DNA from: Veleropilina oligotropha
Taxonomy: Eukaryota
Direction of reading: 5' to 3'
NCBI GenBank assembly: GCA_048128005.1
Contig: JBEUKZ010000073.1
Span: 45,804 to 65,803, forward strand
Length of the DNA stretch: 20,000 bases
A program made the position numbers and the translations under genes. Positions 1 through 8,530 of the stretch are shown one piece after another. How positions within the stretch are numbered: the stretch's first letter is position 1; the number at the start of each line of letters is the position of its first letter. Under the pieces are notes generated by a model. It did not search any database, had not been told where the DNA came from, and saw nothing but the letters and a program-made list of their open reading frames with translations.

Positions 1-2
1 AC

Positions 3-189
3 CATGTTAATGTTTGCAAATGCATTCGGATGTGCGTTCCTGCTGGTGTGGAGAGGGTAGATATGGTGACTGCCAGCAATCAGCGTCATCATACCAGTAT
101 ACCGTATGCTGTAAATTGGAAGATGTGCCTGACGAAGATCGGCAGTTTTTCTATAAACATATGTAACACACCAGGGAGGTTAACATGGA
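3..189 (+). pseudogene. Tyrosine-recombinase-like (integrase-fold, Crypton-like) C-terminal coding remnant, left part, interrupted by the LINE insertion
   Basis: Manual translation gives HVNVCKCIRMCVPAGVERVDMVTASNQRHHTSIPYA, then a frameshift to LEDVPDEDRQFFYKHM*HTREVNM. The T-x-x-x-x-R-H and (MG)H motifs fit a YR catalytic domain. The frame continues across the TSD at 5262. Confidence 0.6.
177..189 (+). repeat. Target-site duplication, left copy (AGGTTAACATGGA)
   Basis: Identical 13-mer at 5262-5274; abuts the (GATT)n tail. Confidence 0.85.
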
Positions 190-429
190 TTGATTGATTT
201 GATGTTTAACGATCAGGCCAACAATATTTCAGCCATAATCGGGTCGAGCGATTTGGAAGGTTAAAAGTACATGGTATATTAGAAACAGTATTCACTTTTC
301 AAACGAGACATACAGTTAAATCATTATATATAAATTTAAAAATATAAATTTGCAATAAATTTTCTGCCAGCAAGAGCAAAGTAAAGGGTTTGTAAAAAAA
401 AAATTGGTAAATTGTTAGCTTCCTAAAGT

Positions 430-735
430 AAAAATGACATCAATTTTTAAATGACTAAATAGTTAATTTTTTACGTATTGGGTCTAAATGAATGCAGTTT
501 GACTATTATGTTACAAGCACAAGGAATGCACTCAGGTGGTGGCTACCCTTTAAGCATACAGGAGTGAGTGTATTGAGAATGTCATCGACCAGACTGCGAA
601 TTGAACTTCTTCACGGCGTAGGGACCTGTAAAGGGGCCACATTCACCAAGAGGTCGAACATTCTGCAGTTCACCCCCCGTGCAACCACCCCAACAACGTT
701 GCCAGGTAGTTTGAATGTACTTATTTATATTGTTA
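430..735 (-). pseudogene. I/Nimb-type LINE ORF2, C-terminal remnant only (after RNase H, CCHC-type finger region)
   Basis: Minus-strand translation across frameshifts: INKYIQTTWQRCW...RREEVQFA...HSQYTHSCMLKG*PPPECIPCACNIIVK...CIHLDPIRKK. This matches the I-clade pattern RREEVVLxRLRIGHxxxTHSYLLKGExPPxCxxC...TVKHILxxC. APE, RT and RNase H are absent. Confidence 0.75.
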
Positions 736-789
736 CAATCACGTTTTATAAATGATTATTAGGAAGGTATGATATTGTTCGACTGCTTG

Positions 790-1710
790 TGTGGTGGAAG
801 TATATGTTTTTTGCTTGATCTAATTTTTACTTTGGTCTGATCCAATGAATGATTGACCTTCATTGGATCATCGGCAGATGACGGTTATTTATCTTTTGCC
901 TGCCGAATAAGCTTAATTTTGGCTGATGTTGCCTTTCGAACTTTATCGGAGACAGCAGCCACTTCCGTAGTCAGTTCCTTCATGATGTTAACATGGAGAT
1001 CACTTTGGTCATCTGATGGTTCGTTGTTGTCCATCATAAGACCAGAGCGATTATGCAGCTTAATGGGGTCATCAGACCCTTTGGGCTGCCTCTCTGTCTT
1101 AATCGTTTTCTTTCTTGAGGCTGCTACCTTGGGTACAGTCTCCTTTGACGAGTGTTTAGATGAGTTGCTAGATGAGTTAATTTAGAAGTTTGAGTTGATT
1201 CAGATGATGACGATTTGATTTCAGTTGGCAAATTTGATGGTAGATGATAAAATTTCAAATGATGTTGCACCAAATGGCCAGGTGATATCGGTTTGCACTG
1301 AAGAGGATCGAGTGATTGGTCTGGACTTCGCAGTTGCTGTAACTGCAGCAAAAGTTCGGCCCGAGGTCGTCCTGGATTCCATGAGTTTCCAGGCATCACA
1401 AAAAGAGATCCGGTCAATGGTTTTGACACTCTGGAACTCTTTCTCGTGCTTCCATTTCGGGCAGTCCTTCGAGTAAGCGAAATGCTTGCCCTTGCAATTA
1501 TGGCAGTTGGGTGTGTTGGAGCAAGGGTCCGAATCGTGACCCTCTTTACCGCACCTAGCACACGCGGAGTTCCTTTTGCATCAGTCCTTGTGATAGCCAA
1601 ATGATTGACATTTGAAGCATCTAAAGGGATTTGAGATGTAGGGCTCTACAGGGATGTTAATATAGCCAGCTATCACAAACTTTGGAAGCACCGGAAGGCA
1701 GAAATCCAAG
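790..1710 (-). pseudogene. I/Nimb-type LINE ORF1 (gag-like) C-terminal half with three zinc knuckles
   Basis: LPVLPKFVIAGYINIPVEPYISNPFRCFKCQSFGYHKD*C, CARCGKEGHDSDPC, CHNCKGKHFAYSKDCPKWKHEKEFQ. In-frame TGA at 1581-1583, further stops downstream, and a Ser/Lys-rich tail ending near ILPP. Confidence 0.85.
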
Positions 1711-2180
1711 GATAAAATTTGTAAACTTGTTGGTGAAGAATGTGTTATTAATTGTGAAATTGAGGGTATAAATGTTGAAGTTTTATTGGACACGGGTGCA
1801 CAAGTGTCCAATTTACCATTGTCATACATGAAATTTTTCCTAGATTTGGATATTCGACCCTTGAGTGAATTAATCAACGTAAATGTAAGATCTGTAAGTG
1901 GTACCACAATTCCATTTGATGGTTGCCGTTGGATTAACTTGTCATTTTCATTGCCATTAGCAGAACAGACATTGATTATTCCGTTTTTGGTGATGTCCAT
2001 GAGTACGGTTAAGAGGCCAATTGTAGGGTTTAATGCCATTTCAAAATACCAAAATGAAGTTGGGGTTCCAAGGTTCCAGGAACATATTGGGTCAGTAAAG
2101 CCAGAAATGTCATATCAGGTTGTATGTCAGCTGTCTGCATTATTGAACAACGATACGGTAACTGGTCATGTACAAGCGGT
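1711..2180 (+). pseudogene. Ty3/Gypsy retropepsin (aspartic protease) fragment
   Basis: LVGEECVINCEIEGINVEVLLDTGAQVSNLP...IPFDG...IPFLV...PIVGFNAI contains the DTGA catalytic motif and the downstream I-x-G-x-N motif. No RT, integrase or LTR nearby. Boundaries are approximate. Confidence 0.8.
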
Positions 2181-2259
2181 TGGGGTTTTGGGCAGTTCAT
2201 CCGCTTTGTTTTCGTCTAAACTGGCCGGTACACCATATGAAAGTCTGAAAATCAAAAAA

Positions 2260-2716
2260 GGCATATTTCACGAAGGTCTGCCCACCAAAGAAAATATTGA
2301 ATGGTTTGCAGATGGTGGACACGTTATCTTAGTTTTGGATGATCTGATGCTACGAATTGTCCAATCCGAGGACTGCGTTCATTTATTCACTGTTACACCA
2401 CATCATAAGAACGTGACCTGCATATTTATCACACGAAATCTCTATCCGCTAGGCAAATTTGCCAGAAGAATATCATTAAATTGCTCTTATTTTGTGCTAT
2501 TTCGAAATTTAAGGGACACTAGACAAATCTTAACCTTTGGTTCGCAGATTTATGCAGGTCAATCTGCTTATTTTAAAGATGCATACGATAAAGCCACTTC
2601 GGAAATTTACGGATATTTGATTATTGATTTGTCCTAGTTCTGATAAACAATTTCAATTGCGCACGCACGTATTTCCAAAAGAGCATCCAATTATATATTT
2701 GCCAAAACGCGAGTAA
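2260..2716 (+). pseudogene. Polinton/adintovirus packaging ATPase (FtsK/A32-like), C-terminal part
   Basis: IFHEGLP...ILVLDDLM (Walker B)...LFTVTPHHKNVTCIFITRNLYPLGKFARRISLNCSYFVLFRNLRD...AYDKAT...YGYLIIDL. A frameshift near 2633 continues as PSSDKQFQLRTHVFPKEHPIIYLPKRE* (ends 2716). Walker A is missing. Confidence 0.85.
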
Positions 2717-2734
2717 TTATCATTTACATCAAAG

Positions 2735-3049
2735 ATGGCCCAAGCAATCACATCGAATGATGGGTTTCTTAGATTTTTACAAGAATGCAATCAAAAAAAA
2801 AGAAAAGCTTTACTTCAAAATTTAACTTAAGACCAAATGACAGCATTGTCACAAGTTTCATTGAACATTTTGAAAGGTCACGTGACCATCGATTCAGAAT
2901 ATATAAATATGCTACGCCCATACGAGGAGATTTTGTTGTTGAGCAGTCATGATGTCAGTCGTTTAAAGAAGAAAAAAGCATTGTCAAGTCATCAAGCATT
3001 ATTACCCTTACTGTTAAAGCCAATTCTACCCCTTCTCGAAGATGTCTAA
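2735..3049 (+). pseudogene. Small basic Polinton/adintovirus protein (resembles the 'GasderminX' ORF)
   Basis: MAQAITSNDGFLRFLQECNQKKRKALLQNLT*DQMTALSQVSLNILKGHV...KKKKALSSHQALLPLLLKPILPLL. Shows the RKALL...LNILKG...KKKK...LPLLL pattern and sits directly after the ATPase. In-frame TAA at 2828-2830. Confidence 0.65.
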
Positions 3050-3182
3050 AGAAATGATATTAATAACCCAAGAAGAATATGATGAATTATTAAAGGAGAA
3101 GAAGAAAAAGAAACCCTTTGTGGCTGGCAAACTAGTGAATGGACCACCAGGAGAAAAACCATTTCAATGGCTTCCGAATTAA
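3042..3182 (+). CDS. 46-aa ORF overlapping the previous stop; possibly a shortened Polinton/adintovirus accessory ORF
   Basis: MSKEMILITQEEYDELLKEKKKKKPFVAGKLVNGPPGEKPFQWLPN*. Virus-like overlap with the upstream ORF; AATAAA follows at about 3201. Confidence 0.4.
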   Translation: MSKEMILITQEEYDELLKEKKKKKPFVAGKLVNGPPGEKPFQWLPN

Positions 3183-3214
3183 TATGTATTATTATGGAAA
3201 AATAAAAATATTTT

Positions 3215-3278
3215 AACCAGTGTTTCGTCTCCCTTAGGACTCATCAGGCAGATTGGGTTATCTGCTACACATTTGGCC
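3215..3278 (-). ncRNA. Type III hammerhead ribozyme
   Basis: Minus strand reads GGCCA-AAU-GUGU-A | GCAGAU-AACCCA-AUCUGC | CUGAUGA | GUC-CUAAGGGA-GAC | GAA-ACAC-UGGUU. The CUGAUGA/GAAA core is complete, with a GUA cleavage triplet (cut between 3266 and 3265). Stem I is 6 bp, stem II 3 bp, stem III 4 bp plus a bulged extension, and the loops show CCC/GGG complementarity. Confidence 0.85.
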
Positions 3279-3740
3279 TTTGTGTCTAGCTCTTGACACA
3301 TTTTTTTTTCTAGACGTCTTGCCCTTTTGACACAATGCATCAATGAATGATTCACCATTCCATTCCTATCTTTCGAGGCAATTATTTATTTAGAAATATA
3401 GAAGGCCTCAAGGGAGAATAGTTCTAAACTAATTGTTACCTTATATAAATAAAGTATTTATTATATTATGACAGGCAAATAATAGTGTATTTCGAAGCCT
3501 GATAGTATATGCTACAAATGTTTTATCTCTGGATTGATATTACAGTGCTTTCGCCTTAAATGTTAAATCATTGCTTGAGCAGAACTTGTAAATGTCATAA
3601 TAGCTGATGACGCAAACAGGGATGACACTAGATGAGATTTTTTTCTTGGCCATTTTTTTCCCTAGGCCACGTGTCCATCTTTTGACATATTCCCCCCACC
3701 CCCCCAGGCCACGTGTCTATCTTTTGACACATTTTTTTTC
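3275..3740. repeat. Degenerate ~40-bp intergenic repeats (GGCCACGTGTCYATCTTTTGACAYAT...)
   Basis: Two close copies start at 3664 and 3706 (period 42). Two weaker copies lie at about 3275-3310 and 3311-3335, separated from the others by about 300 bp of unrelated AT-rich sequence. Confidence 0.6.
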
Positions 3741-4592
3741 AATATCCATATGGCAATGTATGAAAATTATCTAACAATGCACGCTTTGTTTAAACCATTT
3801 GAAATTTTTTCTTTTCCTCTCTGTTATACAATCTTCTCTTTATCTTATCTCTACAAATTTTACTTGGGTTAGTAACAGTTATGGTTTTTTTGTTGTTAGT
3901 AGTTACAATTTCCTTGACTGCCTCAAAATTAATCAATTTACTGTTTGCATAATTTAGCGAGAAGCCTCTTATTTTACAACATTCTCTCCCCGTATTAGTT
4001 CTAAAAGCATAATATTTGGGGCCTCCCGATACAAATGCTTCAATGTAATCATCACCTTCCATTTCATTTGTCAATTGACCTAAATAATCACCTAACTGTA
4101 CATCTGGCCGTCCAGGTCCAGTCACATATATCACAGAAACAGTGTCAAAATACAAAACATTTCGATCCAATTATAATATAGAGTACAATTTCAATCCAGC
4201 CTAACAAGTAGTGAAAGTTGTTATATAAATATTCGCTTTCTGGTATGAAAGCTTTCTTATGAGTGTATTCAAGATGTATCATGTTATGTGATAATAAATG
4301 AGTCATGAATTTCTTTGGTGGGGTCTGCCAAAATCTGCAGAAATAGTTCGGCCTCATCGTCATGGATAAATTGTCTGTTTCAGATTCAATCTTTCGCCAA
4401 ATTTGCCCCAAAATGCATTGAGAAATAATTTTGAAATTGATCTTAATCCAGAATTTTTATCAATATTATTTTCACCAAAAATTATCCCTTCATTTTCCTT
4501 GTAATTTTCAATGTATCGTTTTTATCATCATTTTTAATCCAAGATGGCCAACCACTTGCTTCCTGTTTGTATTTCAAAAATGTGTTTATGTA
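3739..4592 (-). pseudogene. Protein-primed family B DNA polymerase (pPolB) of a Polinton/adintovirus, C-terminal part
   Basis: YINTFLKYKQEASGWP...GLRSISKLFLNAFWGKFG...ARLKLY...VLYFDTVSVIY...LGDYLGQLTNE...FVSGGPKYYAF...KIRGF...TLPYGY*. Contains KxxxNxxxGKFG and YxDTDS (here DTVS), with multiple frameshifts and stops. Confidence 0.9.
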
Positions 4593-4599
4593 ATATAGG

Positions 4600-4732
4600 G
4601 AACCTCTCTCTCATGATCAAAGGAAATTGACCTGAGAGGCCATGAAATTAGCGTCACCAGAATCAGAATCGATGTTCAAGTTTTTACCTTTTACAGTGTT
4701 GATAGTTTGTTGTGTTGATGTCTTGTTGACAT
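4600..4732 (-). pseudogene. Probable N-terminus of the LINE ORF1
   Basis: ATG at 4732: MSTRHQHNKLSTL*KVKNLNIDSDSGDANF..., then a degenerate NF...LIM. This resembles the basic/acidic then FLxI start of I-clade ORF1. Recognised from memory only. Confidence 0.4.
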
Positions 4733-5261
4733 GTTTTGTTTGTTTGGCTCATCATCCAAGCTCCCCACCCACCAATTGAAGCACTACAAAAGGACATTTA
4801 ACGAGTGCAGATTTCCAGCACTCAATGCCGGGGATACAACGGTGACGTACTCAAACAAGAAATGAATATAGTGGTGAGAGTTGTTTTACCCACCATTCAT
4901 TTCTCACTTGATTGACCCAGCCACCACCTTCTGGGATATACATCCCAGGGCTTGGCATGACAAGCCGATTGATCAGACGGCGTATCTGACCACCCTTCTA
5001 GCCGAATCCGAGGCCAAAGTAGTGTGTTGCACCAGCTTAAGCCAGCGGCTTAGGCCGAAGCTCAACTACCAGGATCTTCTTCTCCGAAACGACACGGGAC
5101 GCCACCCATGGCAAACTCCCATTTGGGGGGATCGTACCCCTATACAGGGAGACCGCAGTCGGCAAATTCTAACCCCATACCGAAAGAGGTATACTCCCAT
5201 TTGGGGGGATCTTACCCATCTGCAGGGAGTGGGCATATTCTAACCCCATACCGACAGGGGT
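4733..5261 (-). promoter_or_regulatory. LINE 5' UTR / internal promoter region with a duplicated structured head
   Basis: GC-richer, non-coding, begins exactly at the TSD and ends at the putative ORF1 ATG. The head motif occurs twice (5193-5260 and 5115-5190). Confidence 0.55.
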
Positions 5262-5274
5262 AGGTTAACATGGA
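5262..5274 (+). repeat. Target-site duplication, right copy (AGGTTAACATGGA)
   Basis: Identical to 177-189; abuts the element 5' end (minus strand ACCCCTGTCGG...). Confidence 0.85.
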
Positions 5275-5360
5275 AATCTATCAGCATCCCAAATGTTAAC
5301 ATCCCTTACCAGTGATGGAAATGTTAAAAGTGGGAAAGCATTTAAAGGCCCTAGATCAAG
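5262..5360 (+). pseudogene. Tyrosine-recombinase-like remnant, right part (continues 3-189)
   Basis: Translates as VNMEIYQHP[KC*HP]LPVMEMLKVGKHLKALDQ, then a GTAATT possible splice donor at 5361. IYQ supplies the expected catalytic Tyr. A 15-bp micro-duplication (CATCCC-AAATGTTAA-CATCCC) introduces a stop. Confidence 0.6.
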
Positions 5361-5833
5361 GTAATTATTTCTTGCAGTTTGTTGTGTATTTATTAGAGTT
5401 TTTCCGTTATTGGGCTATCTACCCCTGGATATTTCATGCAGGGGTAATCTACATGTCTAACTGCGACACCGGCTCATTAAATCCGCTATGTTCAACTGCA
5501 GGTACATTAGACAATGACATTTTTCGTGATCTCCATGCAGAGAGAGTTCTGGTTCTTATCGTCTCTTATTGTAATGTGTATCATTGTAGGATAGCACAAT
5601 GGCGTCATGCGTAGGAGAGTGATCTGTACGGAGAAGGTCTGCCACACAACGTATATCGCTGTTGTTAATTAAGTATCTAATCAGCAAAAGTAATCACACA
5701 CGCGAGAGCACACATATTGATCGTACAATAAAACTGTTAAATTAACCACACGTAAACGGCCAACGACCATATTCAATCTTATCTCCGACAATCACCAAAT
5801 ATTAACCCATGTTTAAATGAATATGAATACTTT

Positions 5834-6340
<507 letters not shown>

Positions 6341-7406
6341 TAGGTTAGATCATGCTAAAGAGTGTATATGTTGGATAGACACAGTTTTTCATCGTTGATT
6401 AAGTGTGAAATCGGACCATTGTTCGAGTGCGAAGCACGAGTGCAATGATCCGATTTCACACTTAATCAACGGTGGAAAACTGTGTCTAGCCAACATATTC
6501 ACGAGTTACATGGTCTAACCGATTTAGGCGATACAGTAGAACAATAATTTATATTAGGTATTTTTCATGTAAGAGACGAAAACGATGTAGGACTTTTCCA
6601 AATTTAGAGATTTGACTGTGAGTTGTTGGATTTAGACTTCCAAGATGATGTTACTTCTCCGAAGAATGCAGTGAAGTCCACCCATTATTTGCAGGTATAG
6701 GTATGATATTTGTTACGATTTACTGTTTTTCACAGGGGCAGATGCAGGATTTGGAGAATGTGAGTGTCCAACTTTATGAATTATACTATCAGCTGTGAAA
6801 AAAGTTGACAATTAACGGTGTGAAACCCTCTCCTACATTCTGACGTGGTAAAACGCGATAATTTTGACCATCAAATTTGTGATTGGTAAAAAAGTGGATG
6901 ACTGGATGTCTGGAACGCACCCGTTTGATTAAAATTATATCCGCCCATGTATTCATGTCATGCTCTGCGAATTTTCATTTAAATGTGTAAATACAATATA
7001 AAGTGATCATGAATTGTATCATCCTTTTGCTTGATATAATATACAATTTTAGCCTCAAATATTCTTAAAATATACTGTAAATAAGCATTTTAAACTGGTC
7101 AAATGGAGACCTGGGCCTCAAGATTATAAAGACTCTTATGAAACTCAGCTCAGACTCTGCAATGATCAAGAGTGTTGATTTGAGTACGAAACAGTCACCA
7201 GAGTATGAGATCGTACTCAGCAGACCACTATAATCTTTGACCCTGACCACTTCAGCCGCCTGTTGAAAATTATCACATTTCATTGTTCAGGTTTGGCTAA
7301 TAAACGACGCGTGAACATCAGCCCATTGTTTTCATATACCACGCTAAAAGTGAATATCAAAGATAGACACAGTTTTGTAACAAAAGAATCTCCATGAAGT
7401 ATCGTC

Positions 7407-7410
<4 letters not shown>
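6341..7410. mobile_element. Non-autonomous DNA element with a long terminal palindrome and asymmetric inverted repeat (Crypton-/Helentron-like; superfamily uncertain)
   Basis: 178-bp imperfect palindrome at 6343-6520 centred on GTGC-GAA-GCAC. ATTTAGGCGATA (6522-6533) is inverted to TATCGTCTAAAT (7400-7411). GATAGACACAGTTTT recurs at 6374 and 7362. The element is embedded in (TA)n. Confidence 0.6.
6733..6949. mobile_element. Degenerate MITE nested in the palindromic element (second copy 16018-16234)
   Basis: Ends CAGGGGCAGAT... and ...ATCCGCCCATG are imperfect inverted repeats of the common CAGGGGCGGATC TIR type. Confidence 0.45.
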
Positions 7411-7612
<202 letters not shown>

Positions 7613-7694
7613 ATAGTTCTGGTTATACATTAATTAATCCAGTATTTATTGTTTACTGTGTTGAAGAAGCTTTTCTATCCAGTAATACTTTGAT

Positions 7695-7791
7695 ATGCAA
7701 ATGAACACATCAAGATACACGATCATGCAATTCGTGGCGCAGTGGCTTTATGCAAATTAGATGATGAGGTCATTTGAACGCTGCTATAAAA
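7695..7791 (+). promoter_or_regulatory. Putative Pol II promoter upstream of the transposase remnant (two octamers and a TATA box)
   Basis: ATGCAAAT at 7695-7702 and 7750-7757; TATAAAA at 7785-7791. Motif match only. Confidence 0.3.
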
Positions 7792-7887
7792 TATCTTCAC
7801 AGCTTCTATTTTATTTTAGTTCATTTAAAGCGATAGTGCTCTTTTCGATATGCGTGAACTTCTTGTTGTAGTGCAGGGGCGCAGGAG

Positions 7888-8335
7888 GTGCAGATTGTTA
7901 ACCCAAACATTAGCAAATCTTTTGGTTTTGTTCCGCGTTCACACTCGATTATTCACCCAGTTTCACATGGTGCTCTTTTGCAAATGATCAATATAGGTGA
8001 CATTGGCAGATGCAGACCATCTGACCTCTGGTTGTTAACAGGTGAAACGAAGGATAGCTTTGCAAACTTGGTTGAAACTCTAAGAGACGCCGTGGAAAGA
8101 CCAATGCGGGGACGGAATGTCAGAAGATGCCGACGTATGGCCCCAGAGTACGAAATACCACTAACGATAGTGTGGTTAAGACACTATCCGACGCTGAGCA
8201 CCTTGTCGGGAGCCTTTTCCGCCAGTGTCACAAATATTCATGTACTACTTGTGGTTGTAATACAATCCATAAATGAAATTGTAGTGCCAAGAGAAGTATA
8301 CTGGCAAGACGAACGAACGTGGGACACTTTTCAAG
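7888..8335 (+). pseudogene. PIF/Harbinger-ISL2EU-type transposase N-terminal (HTH) remnant
   Basis: LLTGETKDSFANLVETL...IPLTIVWLRHYPTLSTLSGAFSASVTNIH...REVYWQDE fits the WLRxYPT...LxxxFxxS HTH pattern. No DDE core; possible donor GTATGA at 8336. Degenerate TIR pair at 7728-7745 and 8378-8396. Confidence 0.65.
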
Positions 8336-8530
8336 GTATGAATATAATAAATTAACTAAAATATACCGTTAAATCTACCACATCGGCTACAAGTTGTTTT
8401 TTATCATGAAGGGGCATAACTTACTGGTGCATTTCAGCATAAGATAATTTTATGAATATAAATTAAACTACTACATTTAAAATAATGATATTTGTGTCTG
8501 AGATCGGCAGTTTATTGTATCCCTGAACAA

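Larger units (their letters stand above)
190..5261 (-). mobile_element. Composite, internally deleted I/Nimb-clade non-LTR retrotransposon carrying Polinton and Gypsy cargo
   Basis: Perfect 13-bp TSD on both sides. Minus-strand 3' end reads ...TTAAACATCAAATCAATCAA. ORF1 zinc knuckles and the ORF2 C-terminal zinc-finger region lie on the same strand. The flanks rejoin into one reading frame. Confidence 0.8.

Noticed and set aside
2..188. CCATGTTAA...TTAACATGG as MITE terminal inverted repeats
   Set aside because: Only 9 bp; the right copy is better explained as part of the TSD within a coding remnant.
129..1075. Other CTGANGA matches (near 129 on plus, 1069-1075 on minus)
   Set aside because: They lie within coding remnants and lack the rest of the hammerhead fold.
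492..1600. Track ORFs 492-755, 853-1185, 1225-1476 (+) and 1124-1600 (-)
   Set aside because: Antisense or off-frame shadows of the LINE ORF1/ORF2 remnants.
1581..2039. 152-aa minus-strand ORF as a single gene
   Set aside because: Only the last ~43 aa are LINE ORF1; the rest is antisense to the Gypsy protease.
3604..3640. CTGATGA on the plus strand as a second hammerhead
   Set aside because: No stem II followed by GAAA, and no stem I or III pairing.
3275..5260. Short repeats with spacers (3275-3740, 5115-5260) as CRISPR-like arrays
   Set aside because: Too few and too degenerate, irregular spacing, eukaryotic TE context, no cas genes.
4881..5614. ORFs 4881-5243 and 5312-5614
   Set aside because: The first is antisense to the LINE 5' UTR and its repeat. 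Only the first ~16 aa of the second match the YR-like remnant before a likely splice donor.
7065..7283. 72-aa ORF in the palindromic element (100 aa in copy 2)
   Set aside because: No recognisable domain, and its length differs between copies through a 1-bp indel.
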